Below are positions 1-7,642 of a stretch of DNA of 64,000 nt, in pieces. The stretch is taken from contig JAYTNX010000090.1 of the NCBI GenBank assembly GCA_043748075.1, forward strand, positions 2,457-66,456. The letters are read 5' to 3'. The notes beneath the pieces are model-generated. The model ran no database searches and was not told the DNA's origin. It was given only the letters and a program-made list of their open reading frames with translations. The DNA is from Pseudomonadota bacterium. Its GTDB lineage: Bacteria > Pseudomonadota > Gammaproteobacteria > Steroidobacterales > Steroidobacteraceae. The first letter of the stretch is position 1. Every line of letters begins with the position of its first letter. The position numbers were made by a program, and so were the translations under genes.

Positions 1-221
1 GGCGCGAGGTCCGCGGCGTACCGGTTGTACTGGACAAAGAACTTCTCCTGGGCGGCCTGGATCCGCAGCAGCGTCGTCTTCGCTTCCGCGCGCTGCGCAC
101 GCTGCACGTAGCTGCGGTAGCCCGGGATGGCAATGGCAGTGAGGATCGCGACAATGACGATCGCGATCAGCAGCTCGACCAGCGTGAATCCCCCCGGCTT
201 CGCGCGCAGCGGGGCCTGCAA
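1..221 (-). CDS. pilE: Type IV pilin, PilE-like. N-terminal part only; the gene runs off the window start.
   Basis: Not in the ORF track because it is truncated. My minus-strand translation gives (TTG)QAPLRAKPGG|FTLVELLIAIVIVAILTAIAIPGYRSYVQRAQRAEAKTTLLRIQAAQEKFFVQYNRYAADLA. It has a prepilin leader ending in Gly, Phe+1, Glu+5 and a hydrophobic alpha1-N helix. GGAG lies about 8 nt upstream of the TTG. It is the last gene of the minor-pilin operon, directly after the pilY1 stop (224-226). Confidence 0.8.
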   Translation of the reverse strand, partial: MQAPLRAKPGGFTLVELLIAIVIVAILTAIAIPGYRSYVQRAQRAEAKTTLLRIQAAQEKFFVQYNRYAADLA

Positions 222-223
222 GG

Positions 224-3200
224 TCAACGCTCCGCGCCGTTGTCGGCCGTACGCCGCCACCAGGTGCGGACCACCGAGCCCGGCAGGACGCAGCGCTTGA
301 GCACCTCGACGCCCACCACGCAGAAGCCGCGACGCCCGAGCGCGTCGAGACCGTCCTCGCCGCCACCGCCCGCGCCCGGGTCGCGCACGCTCTCCAGTGC
401 AATGCTGACTTCCCCGGCGATGCCGGACTGCGTCAGACGCGTCGACAGATCCGCCGCGTCCACCGTCTCGTCCTCGTTGAAGTCGACGGCGGGTTTGCCG
501 CTGTCGACGCGCAGCGCATACGCGCGATTGACGCCGTTCGAGGGCTGGCAGGGGTCGGCGTCGCCGCGCGCCTCGGGCTGGTAGCTGGTGAAGAGAATCG
601 TGCCGCCGACGGTGGTGGCCTCGGCGAGAATCTTCTCGCCGCTCCAGCCGCCGTTGAGGCGCATCTCCAGCTTCCAGCCAGCGGCCGTCGTCGGCGCCGG
701 CGTGGCGACCGGGTCGTCGGTGATGTCGACCAGGAAGGCATCGGTCACCGCGGTCAGCGCATCGTACTGCACCTGGGTCAGCGCGCCGAACGGGTTCTTG
801 TCGCGCAGCGAATAGAATCGGTCACGCGTTGCCGCGTGCAGCGGGTGTCCGCGGTAGCCGGAGCCGATCGCGAGGTTGTAGTACGGATCCGCACCGCGGC
901 GCTGGATCAGCGCGACGTCCGGTGCCGAGTAGAAGCGTCGGTTGTCCTCGATCGCGCGCGTCGCGGTGTCGCCCGCGCCGAGTGTCGCCAGCACACCGCC
1001 GGTGCCGAAGGTCGCCGCGGGGCGGCCATTCCACAGATCGAAGCGCCAGACCCGGCCGCCCATGTCGCCCGCATAGAGGCGGTCGGCGTACTGGTCGCCG
1101 TTCGTGTCGAGCACCACGACGCGCCCGGGGATCGAGTGCGACATGCGCGGCAGCGCCAGGTTCGGGGTTCCCGCCGCGCCCGGTCCGCCCGCGAACCAGA
1201 GCAGCCGGCCGCTCGCTGCGTCGACGATGAAGATCCGGTTGCCGGAGCTGTCGGCGGTGTACTCGTAGTTCTCCTGCGCGTCGTCGTACCCGCCGCCGAA
1301 GACCAGCACGAGGTTCTCGGCATTCTGGTTGGCGCCGTCGATGCGCACCCGCGCCAGGGTCGGCGTGGACCAGGTCTCGCCGATGCCGGGTAGCTGACCT
1401 GGCCCCAAGTTCCACTTCAGGCGCGGGCGATTGCGGTCGGTCACGTCGAGCGCATAGAGATTGCGGCCGCCGCGACGCATTCCGAAGAACAGCCAGACGC
1501 GATCACCTGCCGCGGCATCGACGACGCCGTCCTGGTTGACGTCGAACTTGAGTACGCGCACGTCGGCGTCCAGCCCATAGCTGCGCTGCGCGACACTCGG
1601 GTTGCGATACAAGTCGGCCAGGCGGCCGAGCAGCTCCGGAGGGATGAATCCCCACAGCTCCTCGCCACTGCGCGCATCGAAAGCGTGGATGAAGCCGTCA
1701 TTGGTCGGCACGTAAACCACGCCGTCCGCGGCATCCGGCGTGCCGGCATTGCCGCCGTAGGTCACGACCGCAGGCCGCGAGTGCAGGGGATCGCCGAGCG
1801 AGCGCACGAGTTCGGCGCGATCGCCGTCGCGGTCCGCATCCGCCGTATCGATGCCGCGCGCCCAGTTGATGACATCCTCGCGCGACGGCCCGGTGCCCCC
1901 GGTGTTGAGCACCGCGTCGGTCAGGCCGGCAACGTTGGTGGTCGCGAACGCATTCGCGGCGGCCGTCAGGTCGGGCAGGGCGGCTGCGCCGATGTAGGTG
2001 AACAGCCGTCGCTGCGGCGCGGCCGGCAAGCGACTGGCCGCGCCGCCCGACGTCACGGCGTCTTCTTCACGGGCCGCCGACCATAGGCTGCGCGTGCCGT
2101 CGCGCAGGAAACCGGTGGCCGCATCGACCGCTTCGGCGCCGGTGGCGTCGACGATCTTGCCGTCCTCGATGCCGTACTTCTTGACGTTCCCCGGCCAGCG
2201 TAGCGAGTCGTCGGGTTTGAATACCGACACGAACAGCTCGTTGTTGGCCTGGGTTCGATTGAACGCATTGACCGAGACCGAGGGCGCGACGAAGGTGGAA
2301 CCCGACTGCAGGATGTCGCCGAAGATGCTCTGCAGCGCCGCCGTCAGCTGCGTGACGTCATTGGCCGCGAATGAACGGCCGCCGCCACGTGCGGCGACGC
2401 CATCCAGGAAGGCCGAACCGGCCACTTCCGGCCCGAATCCGATCGTGTAGGTGATCGCGTTCTGTCGACCCGGCACGCCGGGCGCGAGGTCGACCGCGGC
2501 GTTCAGGTACTCGGCCATGTCGTCGAGGCAGCGGCCGTCACCCTCGCCGTCACAACTGGCACGGCCCAGCGTGGCGAAGCCGGGAAGCGCGGCGATCTTG
2601 TCGTCGGCCGTCGAGTCGGCCGTCGGCTCGCCGTCGGTCAGCAGTACGATGAAATTTCGCTGGCACTGGTATTCCACCGGCGACTGGTAGAGCGCCTGGT
2701 CCGCGCGGCGCCGCGACTCGGGGACGCTGGGGAACGGCACCGCGAACTCCACCGTCGAAGTGAGGCCGTAGTCGACGGCCCGCCCTGCGAGGTACTGGCC
2801 GGCTTCGTAGAGCGTTTCGGAAAGCGGCGTGAAGCCATCGGGCGTGAACTCGTAGAGTCGATTCACGATCGAATCGCGCGAGCTCGACAGGTTCGCGACC
2901 TCGTGCATCACCATGCCGCCTTCGGAGAAGTCGTCAGTCTGGGCGCCGGCACTGAAGCGCATCAGCCCGAGATTCAGGTTGTCCACCGAGTAGGCGATGG
3001 ACGCGCCGACCGCCTTGACGACATCCAGTCGGGTGATCTCGGCCGGCTCGTTGGGCGCATTGAACCAGTTGAGGTAGTTGGCCGAATAGGCCGTGTAGAC
3101 GTCGGCGCCGGCCCACGACAGCGAATCGGCTTCGGTCGCCGTCCAGCGATTGCGGTCGTCGCCGTTGCGCGCCCACCGCCGCGCCGATGCGGAATCGACG

Positions 3201-3697
3201 CCGTGCAGGCCGGCGTCGGCCTCGCATTCGACCGGGTCGCCGGCCGCACCGCGCAACACGCGCCAGCCGACGCGATCCCGGTCCCATTGCGCGAGCTTGC
3301 CGGTCCAGAGCCCGGCGCGCCCGGCCAGGGCCGCATTCGCGGCCGCGCAGGTGCTGTCCGCAAGGTCGACCGCCGCCGCAGTGTTGCAGGCCGGCGGCGC
3401 CGAGCCGCTGGCGGCGCGCTGGTAATAGAGGCGCCCGGCCGTGCAGCCACCCGAGTAGCCGACCGCCGGGTCGTAGGGCGCCTTCGGTACTTGCACGAGC
3501 CCGTCCATGCTGCCCGAGGTATCGACGATGAACAGGATGTTCGGCCGCACACCGCGCGCATTGGCCTGGTTCAGGAAAACCTCGGTATCGTCGGCGAGCG
3601 CTGGCGCCACGGCGGCGCTGGCGAGCAGCGTGCCGAGAACGAGCGACCGCAGCCGATGGTCGCCGCGAGGGCGGTTGGGACGGTGTTGCAGGATCAT
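224..3697 (-). CDS. pilY1: PilY1-type type IV pilus tip-associated adhesin/biogenesis protein with an N-terminal vWA domain
   Basis: I trimmed ORF 224..4126 to ATG 3695-3697, which forms an ATGA overlap with the stop of ORF 3694..4086. The signal peptide is MILQHRPN...LVLGTLLASAAVAPALA. The vWA MIDAS motif is 'LFIVDTSGSMDG'. C-terminal PilY1 signatures are 'VLDTNGDQYADRLYAGDMGGRVWRFDL' and 'DVNQDGVVD'. It sits between pilX and pilE. Confidence 0.85.
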   Translation of the reverse strand: MILQHRPNRPRGDHRLRSLVLGTLLASAAVAPALADDTEVFLNQANARGVRPNILFIVDTSGSMDGLVQVPKAPYDPAVGYSGGCTAGRLYYQRAASGSAPPACNTAAAVDLADSTCAAANAALAGRAGLWTGKLAQWDRDRVGWRVLRGAAGDPVECEADAGLHGVDSASARRWARNGDDRNRWTATEADSLSWAGADVYTAYSANYLNWFNAPNEPAEITRLDVVKAVGASIAYSVDNLNLGLMRFSAGAQTDDFSEGGMVMHEVANLSSSRDSIVNRLYEFTPDGFTPLSETLYEAGQYLAGRAVDYGLTSTVEFAVPFPSVPESRRRADQALYQSPVEYQCQRNFIVLLTDGEPTADSTADDKIAALPGFATLGRASCDGEGDGRCLDDMAEYLNAAVDLAPGVPGRQNAITYTIGFGPEVAGSAFLDGVAARGGGRSFAANDVTQLTAALQSIFGDILQSGSTFVAPSVSVNAFNRTQANNELFVSVFKPDDSLRWPGNVKKYGIEDGKIVDATGAEAVDAATGFLRDGTRSLWSAAREEDAVTSGGAASRLPAAPQRRLFTYIGAAALPDLTAAANAFATTNVAGLTDAVLNTGGTGPSREDVINWARGIDTADADRDGDRAELVRSLGDPLHSRPAVVTYGGNAGTPDAADGVVYVPTNDGFIHAFDARSGEELWGFIPPELLGRLADLYRNPSVAQRSYGLDADVRVLKFDVNQDGVVDAAAGDRVWLFFGMRRGGRNLYALDVTDRNRPRLKWNLGPGQLPGIGETWSTPTLARVRIDGANQNAENLVLVFGGGYDDAQENYEYTADSSGNRIFIVDAASGRLLWFAGGPGAAGTPNLALPRMSHSIPGRVVVLDTNGDQYADRLYAGDMGGRVWRFDLWNGRPAATFGTGGVLATLGAGDTATRAIEDNRRFYSAPDVALIQRRGADPYYNLAIGSGYRGHPLHAATRDRFYSLRDKNPFGALTQVQYDALTAVTDAFLVDITDDPVATPAPTTAAGWKLEMRLNGGWSGEKILAEATTVGGTILFTSYQPEARGDADPCQPSNGVNRAYALRVDSGKPAVDFNEDETVDAADLSTRLTQSGIAGEVSIALESVRDPGAGGGGEDGLDALGRRGFCVVGVEVLKRCVLPGSVVRTWWRRTADNGAER

Positions 3698-4086
3698 GGG
3701 GCCGACGACCTCGGGACCTGCGCGACCAGGCGCGTCAGTGCCGCGCCGGGACCGCGGTAGAAGACCAGTACCGGCGCTCGCGGATGGGACTGCAGCGCAC
3801 GCCGCAGCTCGTCGAACGCGACCACTCGGTCGCCGAGCATCCAGGTCGAGCCGCTGCCCGCGAGCATCGTCACCGGCTGGCAGCGTGCGCAGGGCGTGAC
3901 GGTGAGTGTGCCGACGCCGCCGGCCGGCAGGGCGACCGCGGCGCTGCGCGTCTCGAGGGCCTGCTCGAGCGCACGAATCGTACCGGTCCCGCGTGGCGCG
4001 GCCTCGGGGGATTGCGCCTGCACGAGGCCGGTGGCGAGCAGCGCGCCGATGGCCGCGACCAGGACGTGCCTGCGAGGCGAGTTCAT
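3694..4086 (-). CDS. Small secreted protein of unknown function (130 aa) embedded in the minor-pilin operon. It is not a pilin.
   Basis: The ATG at 4086 forms an ATGA overlap with the pilX stop. Its own stop overlaps the pilY1 ATG, also as ATGA. The Sec-type signal is 'MNSPRRHVLVAAIGALLATGLVQAQS|PEAAP'. There is no G|F(T/S)LxE prepilin motif. One Cys pair is present ('TPCARCQP'). Confidence 0.55.
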   Translation of the reverse strand: MNSPRRHVLVAAIGALLATGLVQAQSPEAAPRGTGTIRALEQALETRSAAVALPAGGVGTLTVTPCARCQPVTMLAGSGSTWMLGDRVVAFDELRRALQSHPRAPVLVFYRGPGAALTRLVAQVPRSSAP

Positions 4087-4589
4087 TCGAGACCTCCGCC
4101 AAGCTGCGAAAAGTCGCCGTTGCCACCGGAGGAGCCGCTGGCCGCCACCACCATCACGCCCTGGAGCTGCGCATCGCTCGCATTGCGCAGCGAGGTGCCG
4201 GTGCTGTCGATCTGAAAGTGCAGGCCGATGAACTTGTCCGCGCTGGACTGCGGCAGGCCGTTCTCGTCGCCGATGAAGCGCGTCGAGGTCGCGTAACGTT
4301 CCGAGTCGGAGTCGGGCAGCAGCGTCGGGGCGACCAGCGTGGGCGCCGCGCCGGGTGATGTCGGGACGCCGCCGATACGCGTGACGGCCTGTTCGATCCC
4401 GGCCGTCGCCGCCTGCGCGGCATTGCGCCGGTACTGCTCATTGCCGGCCATCGTGAGCTCGGTCGTGGCGGTATTGATGCCGCTGAGCGCGAGGATCGTC
4501 AGGATCATCAGCATCAGCAGCGCGATCACGAGCGCGGCGCCGCGCTGGTGGCGGGACGCGCGGAGGGCGGCCCTGGAATTGGCGCGCAT
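4083..4589 (-). CDS. pilX: Type IV pilus minor pilin PilX
   Basis: 'MRANSRAALRASRHQRGAALVIALLMLMILTILALSGINTATTELTMAGNEQYRRNA' has the PilX_N-type hydrophobic N-terminus (QRGxxLxxxL). The start overlaps the pilW stop; ATG 4589 or GTG 4592 are both possible. Position is between pilW and pilY1. Confidence 0.75.
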   Translation of the reverse strand: MRANSRAALRASRHQRGAALVIALLMLMILTILALSGINTATTELTMAGNEQYRRNAAQAATAGIEQAVTRIGGVPTSPGAAPTLVAPTLLPDSDSERYATSTRFIGDENGLPQSSADKFIGLHFQIDSTGTSLRNASDAQLQGVMVVAASGSSGGNGDFSQLGGGLE

Positions 4590-5725
4590 CACAGTGTCCT
4601 CGAGTTTCGCAGCATGATGGTCCGGCTGAGCAGCATCCGGCGGAAGCGACGGTCCGCGCCCGCTGGGGTGTATTCCACATCGCCGTAGCGGTAGGTACGG
4701 CGGTCGTCGAGTTCGGGTTCGGGTCGCTCGCCGCGAACGCGCAGCCAGAGCCGAACCGACACGACTTGCAGGCGGTCTAGGCCGGGAAAGTCCGGGTTCA
4801 CGTAGCGGGTCGCCCGGCCGTCGGATTCGGGGATGCCGTCGTCGTTGAGGTCCGCGGCGGGATCGACCACGCCGTCGTTGTCGTAGTCGCCCGTGTCGAT
4901 GCCGAACTGCACCTGCAGGTCCTCCACGCCCGCCAGGATCTCGGTGTCCTCGAACGCCGGGCTGCCGCCCGCACTGCCCAACGCCTTCATGCGTAGCGCC
5001 GGAAAACCGGGTCGGCCTTCGGCGTCGCGCGCGACGTAATAGCTGCGCACCAGCAGGTCGTGGACGCGATTGTCGGCGTCGATCGTCGCGGGCGCGACGC
5101 CGTCGACGAACAGTCGCTGCGACTTCTGGCTGCTGAGACGAGAGGCGAAGATCTGCAGTCGGCCGGCTTGCAGGTCGACCGGCAGCGTCGACGCCCGCCG
5201 CAGCGTCAGCGTGTCGCTGCCGTCCACGGCGCCGGCGCCGAACGGCGCGCAGGCCCCGGTCGCAGCCGGGCCGAGTTCGAAGACGTCGTTCGAACCCTGT
5301 ACCGGTACCAGCACATCGATGGCGAAGTTCGTGCCGCAGGCCTGCGCCGCGCCGGCCAGTCCCGGCGCCGGCACGGGAGCCGGAGCGGCGGGCGGGATCG
5401 GAGCCTGGCGCAGCGCCGCCGCCGTCGCGAGCACGGTTTCCGGCGCCGCGCCGCGCACCAGATGCAGCGTGTCCGACGCGTTGGTAAAACCGTAGAAGCC
5501 GGCCAGTTCGATATCCGGTTCGACGATCGACAGCGCGTAGCGCCCCTGCTCCTGCAGGCGGGCCACGGCCTCGTTGACCGCGTAGGTGGTACGACTGTTG
5601 GCGTAAACGCTGACGGCGCCGACGATCAGCAGCGAGCCGATCAGCAGCGCAACCATCAGCTCGACCAGGCTCAGGCCCGCGTGCCGGCGGCGGCCCCGCC
5701 GTAATCGGGACAGAGCCGGAGTCAT
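4589..5725 (-). CDS. pilW: Type IV pilus minor pilin PilW
   Basis: I trimmed ORF 4589..5797 to ATG 5725, which forms an ATGA overlap with the pilV stop. The sequence 'MTPALSRLRRGRRRHAG|LSLVELMVALLIGSLLIVGAVSVYANS' is a prepilin-like leader with Glu+5. Size (~378 aa) and position are typical of PilW. Confidence 0.8.
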   Translation of the reverse strand: MTPALSRLRRGRRRHAGLSLVELMVALLIGSLLIVGAVSVYANSRTTYAVNEAVARLQEQGRYALSIVEPDIELAGFYGFTNASDTLHLVRGAAPETVLATAAALRQAPIPPAAPAPVPAPGLAGAAQACGTNFAIDVLVPVQGSNDVFELGPAATGACAPFGAGAVDGSDTLTLRRASTLPVDLQAGRLQIFASRLSSQKSQRLFVDGVAPATIDADNRVHDLLVRSYYVARDAEGRPGFPALRMKALGSAGGSPAFEDTEILAGVEDLQVQFGIDTGDYDNDGVVDPAADLNDDGIPESDGRATRYVNPDFPGLDRLQVVSVRLWLRVRGERPEPELDDRRTYRYGDVEYTPAGADRRFRRMLLSRTIMLRNSRTL

Positions 5726-6270
5726 ACCGGAGACCTCGGTACGATCAGCACGTCGCTGCGATAGGAGAAGGGTTGGTCCTCGCCTGGCTCCAGCCACGAC
5801 ACCGTGATCAGATAGCGCTCGGGTGCGCCGGGCACGCCCGGGGGAAAGTACTGCACCTGCGCCTGCGGCGGCGCATCGCCCAGCGCGGGAAGCGCCGTGC
5901 GCACGGCAGCGACCCAGCTCGCGAGGTCATCTTCGGCCAGCGCCGCCATCGAGCAGTTGGCGCCGTCGCCACCGGGCGTAGGCGCGCAGTCGCGTGCGGC
6001 CGGCTCGCCGCCGTAGCTGGCGATGTCATAGGCGGCGCGCGCCGTCGCGTTGGCGCGGATGCGGTCGGCCATGTCGCCGACGAGGTTGATCACCTGAGTG
6101 CGCAGCAGCGCCGTTCGACTGTTGCGTACGCTCTCGACGAACAGTCCGGCGATGCCGAGCAGACCGATCGACAGCACCAGCAAAGCCACCAGCGCCTCGA
6201 CCAGCGAGAAACCGCTCTGGCAAAGACTGCTCGGGCGCGCTTCCCGGCAACGCGGGAATTTCAGGAACAC
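5722..6270 (-). CDS. pilV: Type IV pilus minor pilin PilV
   Basis: GTG start. '...SSLCQSG|FSLVEALVALLVLSIGLLGIAGLFVESVRNS' carries the prepilin motif. The gene overlaps the fimT stop by 10 nt. Confidence 0.8.
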   Translation of the reverse strand: MFLKFPRCREARPSSLCQSGFSLVEALVALLVLSIGLLGIAGLFVESVRNSRTALLRTQVINLVGDMADRIRANATARAAYDIASYGGEPAARDCAPTPGGDGANCSMAALAEDDLASWVAAVRTALPALGDAPPQAQVQYFPPGVPGAPERYLITVSWLEPGEDQPFSYRSDVLIVPRSPV

Positions 6271-6896
6271 GGCAACCCCCAGCCCGACAGCGTGTCGGCG
6301 TCGCGGGTGATCGAGGCCCGACCCGTGCGGGAGATCGCGATGCCGCGCGCCGCGGACTGCGAGGTGCCCGCCTGCAGCCCAGTGCCGCGGTCGTCGCAGA
6401 GCAGCACGCGCTCGGCCTCGACGCCGACCGGCAGGTCGAGCGCGAACCCGGTCGGCGCGAAGGCGACGCAGATGCCGTCGGCGGCGGCTCGAAGCGAACC
6501 GTCGAGGGGCCCCTCGGCGCGGATCGGCCTCGGCTCACCCACGGCGCGCTGACAGTTGCCGTCGGCATCCTCGAAGACCAGCCAGCCGGAAAACGGCCCG
6601 GCCGTGCAGCCTGGCTCGGCTGCACGGGGATCCGCGGTCGCACAGACCGCCACGGGAAGTTGCCGCTTGATCGCCTCGGTGCGCGCCAGCTGCAGGGCAG
6701 CCAGCAGATCGTTGGCGGCGCCGGAGAGCCGGTTGTTGCGACGGAACTCGGAGAACTGCGGTGCACCGATCGCCAGTACCACGGCGGCGACGACCAGCAC
6801 GATCATCAGCTCCACCAGCGTGAAGCCCGGATCGAGTCGACGCCTCTGGCCTGCGCGCCACTGCGTCGGGCGTGCGCTACATTCTGGATACCCCAT
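6261..6896 (-). CDS. fimT: GspH/FimT/FimU-family minor pilin; first gene of the operon
   Basis: ATG start. '...RRRLDPG|FTLVELMIVLVVAAVVLAIGAPQFSEFRRNNRLSGAANDLLAALQLARTEAIKR' has the prepilin motif followed by a GspH-type N-terminal region. Confidence 0.75.
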   Translation of the reverse strand: MGYPECSARPTQWRAGQRRRLDPGFTLVELMIVLVVAAVVLAIGAPQFSEFRRNNRLSGAANDLLAALQLARTEAIKRQLPVAVCATADPRAAEPGCTAGPFSGWLVFEDADGNCQRAVGEPRPIRAEGPLDGSLRAAADGICVAFAPTGFALDLPVGVEAERVLLCDDRGTGLQAGTSQSAARGIAISRTGRASITRDADTLSGWGLPCS

Positions 6897-7036
6897 GGAC
6901 GAGGACTATATGTCTTGTCGCGCGAACAGCCAGCAGTTCCCGACGACCGGCAGGCAGGGCCCGATGAGCGGTTGGGATGGCCCGACGAGCTGACCGGTTG
7001 CGGCGGTAGCGGACTATCGCGTTACGACGGCTTGCC

Positions 7037-7042
7037 TATAAT
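7037..7042 (+). promoter_or_regulatory. Possible -10 box (TATAAT) only 6 nt upstream of the Irr-like ATG
   Basis: A perfect TATAAT hexamer sits in 'cttgccTATAATgccccgATG'. I found no convincing -35 at 16-18 nt spacing. Confidence 0.3.
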
Positions 7043-7048
7043 GCCCCG

Positions 7049-7474
7049 ATGGACGTCGCCACCCCTTCGCCGGTCGCACCGCTCGCGGCACGCCTGCAGC
7101 AATGTGGCGTGCGCCCGACGGCACAGCGGCTGCGGGTCGCGGCGATGTTGCTCGACCGTCCCCAGCACATGACGGCCGAGCAACTCCTTGCGGCCCTGCG
7201 CTCCTCCGGCTGCCGCATTTCCAAGGCGACGGTCTACAACACGCTGAACCTTTTCGCCGCGCAGGGCGTGATCCGCCAGCTCGCCGTCGACGGCGACCGC
7301 GCCTGGTTCGATTCCAACGTCGCCCCGCACTACCACTTCCAGGATGTCGAGACCGGGCTGCTGACCGACCTGGCGCCTCCCGAAGTACGTTTCGAGCGGC
7401 TGCCACCGCCACCCGAGGGCATGGCGTACGCGGGGATCGACCTGGTGATCCGGCTGCGGCGCCAGTCGGCCTGA
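7049..7474 (+). CDS. Fur-family transcriptional regulator, Irr-like (iron response regulator type)
   Basis: The winged-helix part is 'RPTAQRLRVAAMLLD...MTAEQLLAALRSSGCRISKATVYNTLNLFAAQGVIRQLAVDGDRAWFDSN'. An 'APHYHF' His cluster follows. The C-terminus 'LPPPPEGMAYAGIDLVIRLRRQ' matches my recollection of rhizobial Irr ('...PEVPEGYEIARIDMVVRLRKK'). There are no CxxC pairs. Confidence 0.7.
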   Translation: MDVATPSPVAPLAARLQQCGVRPTAQRLRVAAMLLDRPQHMTAEQLLAALRSSGCRISKATVYNTLNLFAAQGVIRQLAVDGDRAWFDSNVAPHYHFQDVETGLLTDLAPPEVRFERLPPPPEGMAYAGIDLVIRLRRQSA

Positions 7475-7505
7475 AACGGCTCCTCGCCCGGGAAAAGTGG
7501 CCCGA

Positions 7506-7534
7506 TTGCCTCGCGCGCCGGGCGTCCTTAGAAT
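7506..7534 (+). promoter_or_regulatory. Sigma70-type promoter for tRNA-Thr
   Basis: -35 TTGCCT (7506-7511), a 17-nt spacer, then -10 TAGAAT (7529-7534). A GC-rich discriminator 'gcgcgtcccc' precedes the tRNA 5' end at 7547. Confidence 0.5.
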
Positions 7535-7546
7535 GCGCGTCCCCGG

Positions 7547-7622
7547 GCCGACTTAGCTCAGTTGGTAGAGCACATCATTCGTAATGATGGGGTCCACAGT
7601 TCGATTCTGTGAGTCGGCACCA
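7547..7622 (+). tRNA. tRNA-Thr (anticodon CGT)
   Basis: I folded the 76-nt cloverleaf by hand. Acceptor stem is GCCGACT/AGTCGGC and the D arm is GCTC-AGTTGGTA-GAGC. The anticodon arm is CATCA-TTCGTAA-TGATG (anticodon CGT), with variable loop GGGTC. The T arm is CACAG-TTCGATT-CTGTG, followed by discriminator A and an encoded CCA. Confidence 0.93.
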
Positions 7623-7642
7623 TCCTTCGCCCGCGGCCCCCG

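Noticed and set aside
3698-4126. N-terminal extensions in the ORF track. Examples are pilY1 to 4126, pilW to 5797, nadC to 17447, pyrC to 20975, nth to 29705, the kinase to 37705, tgpA to 55162 and the 17132..17914 ORF.
   Set aside because: The extensions are Arg-rich, overlap the upstream gene's coding sequence, and precede obvious signal peptides or conserved N-termini. Internal starts give classic ATGA/GTGA coupling with the upstream stop.
6261-6896. Whether the FimT-like minor pilin carries the C-terminal GRxR DNA-binding motif described for the Legionella FimT competence receptor.
   Set aside because: The C-terminal region reads 'ISRTGRASITRD' (GRAS, not GRxR). The sequence therefore does not support a DNA-receptor call, and the motif register cannot be settled without an alignment.
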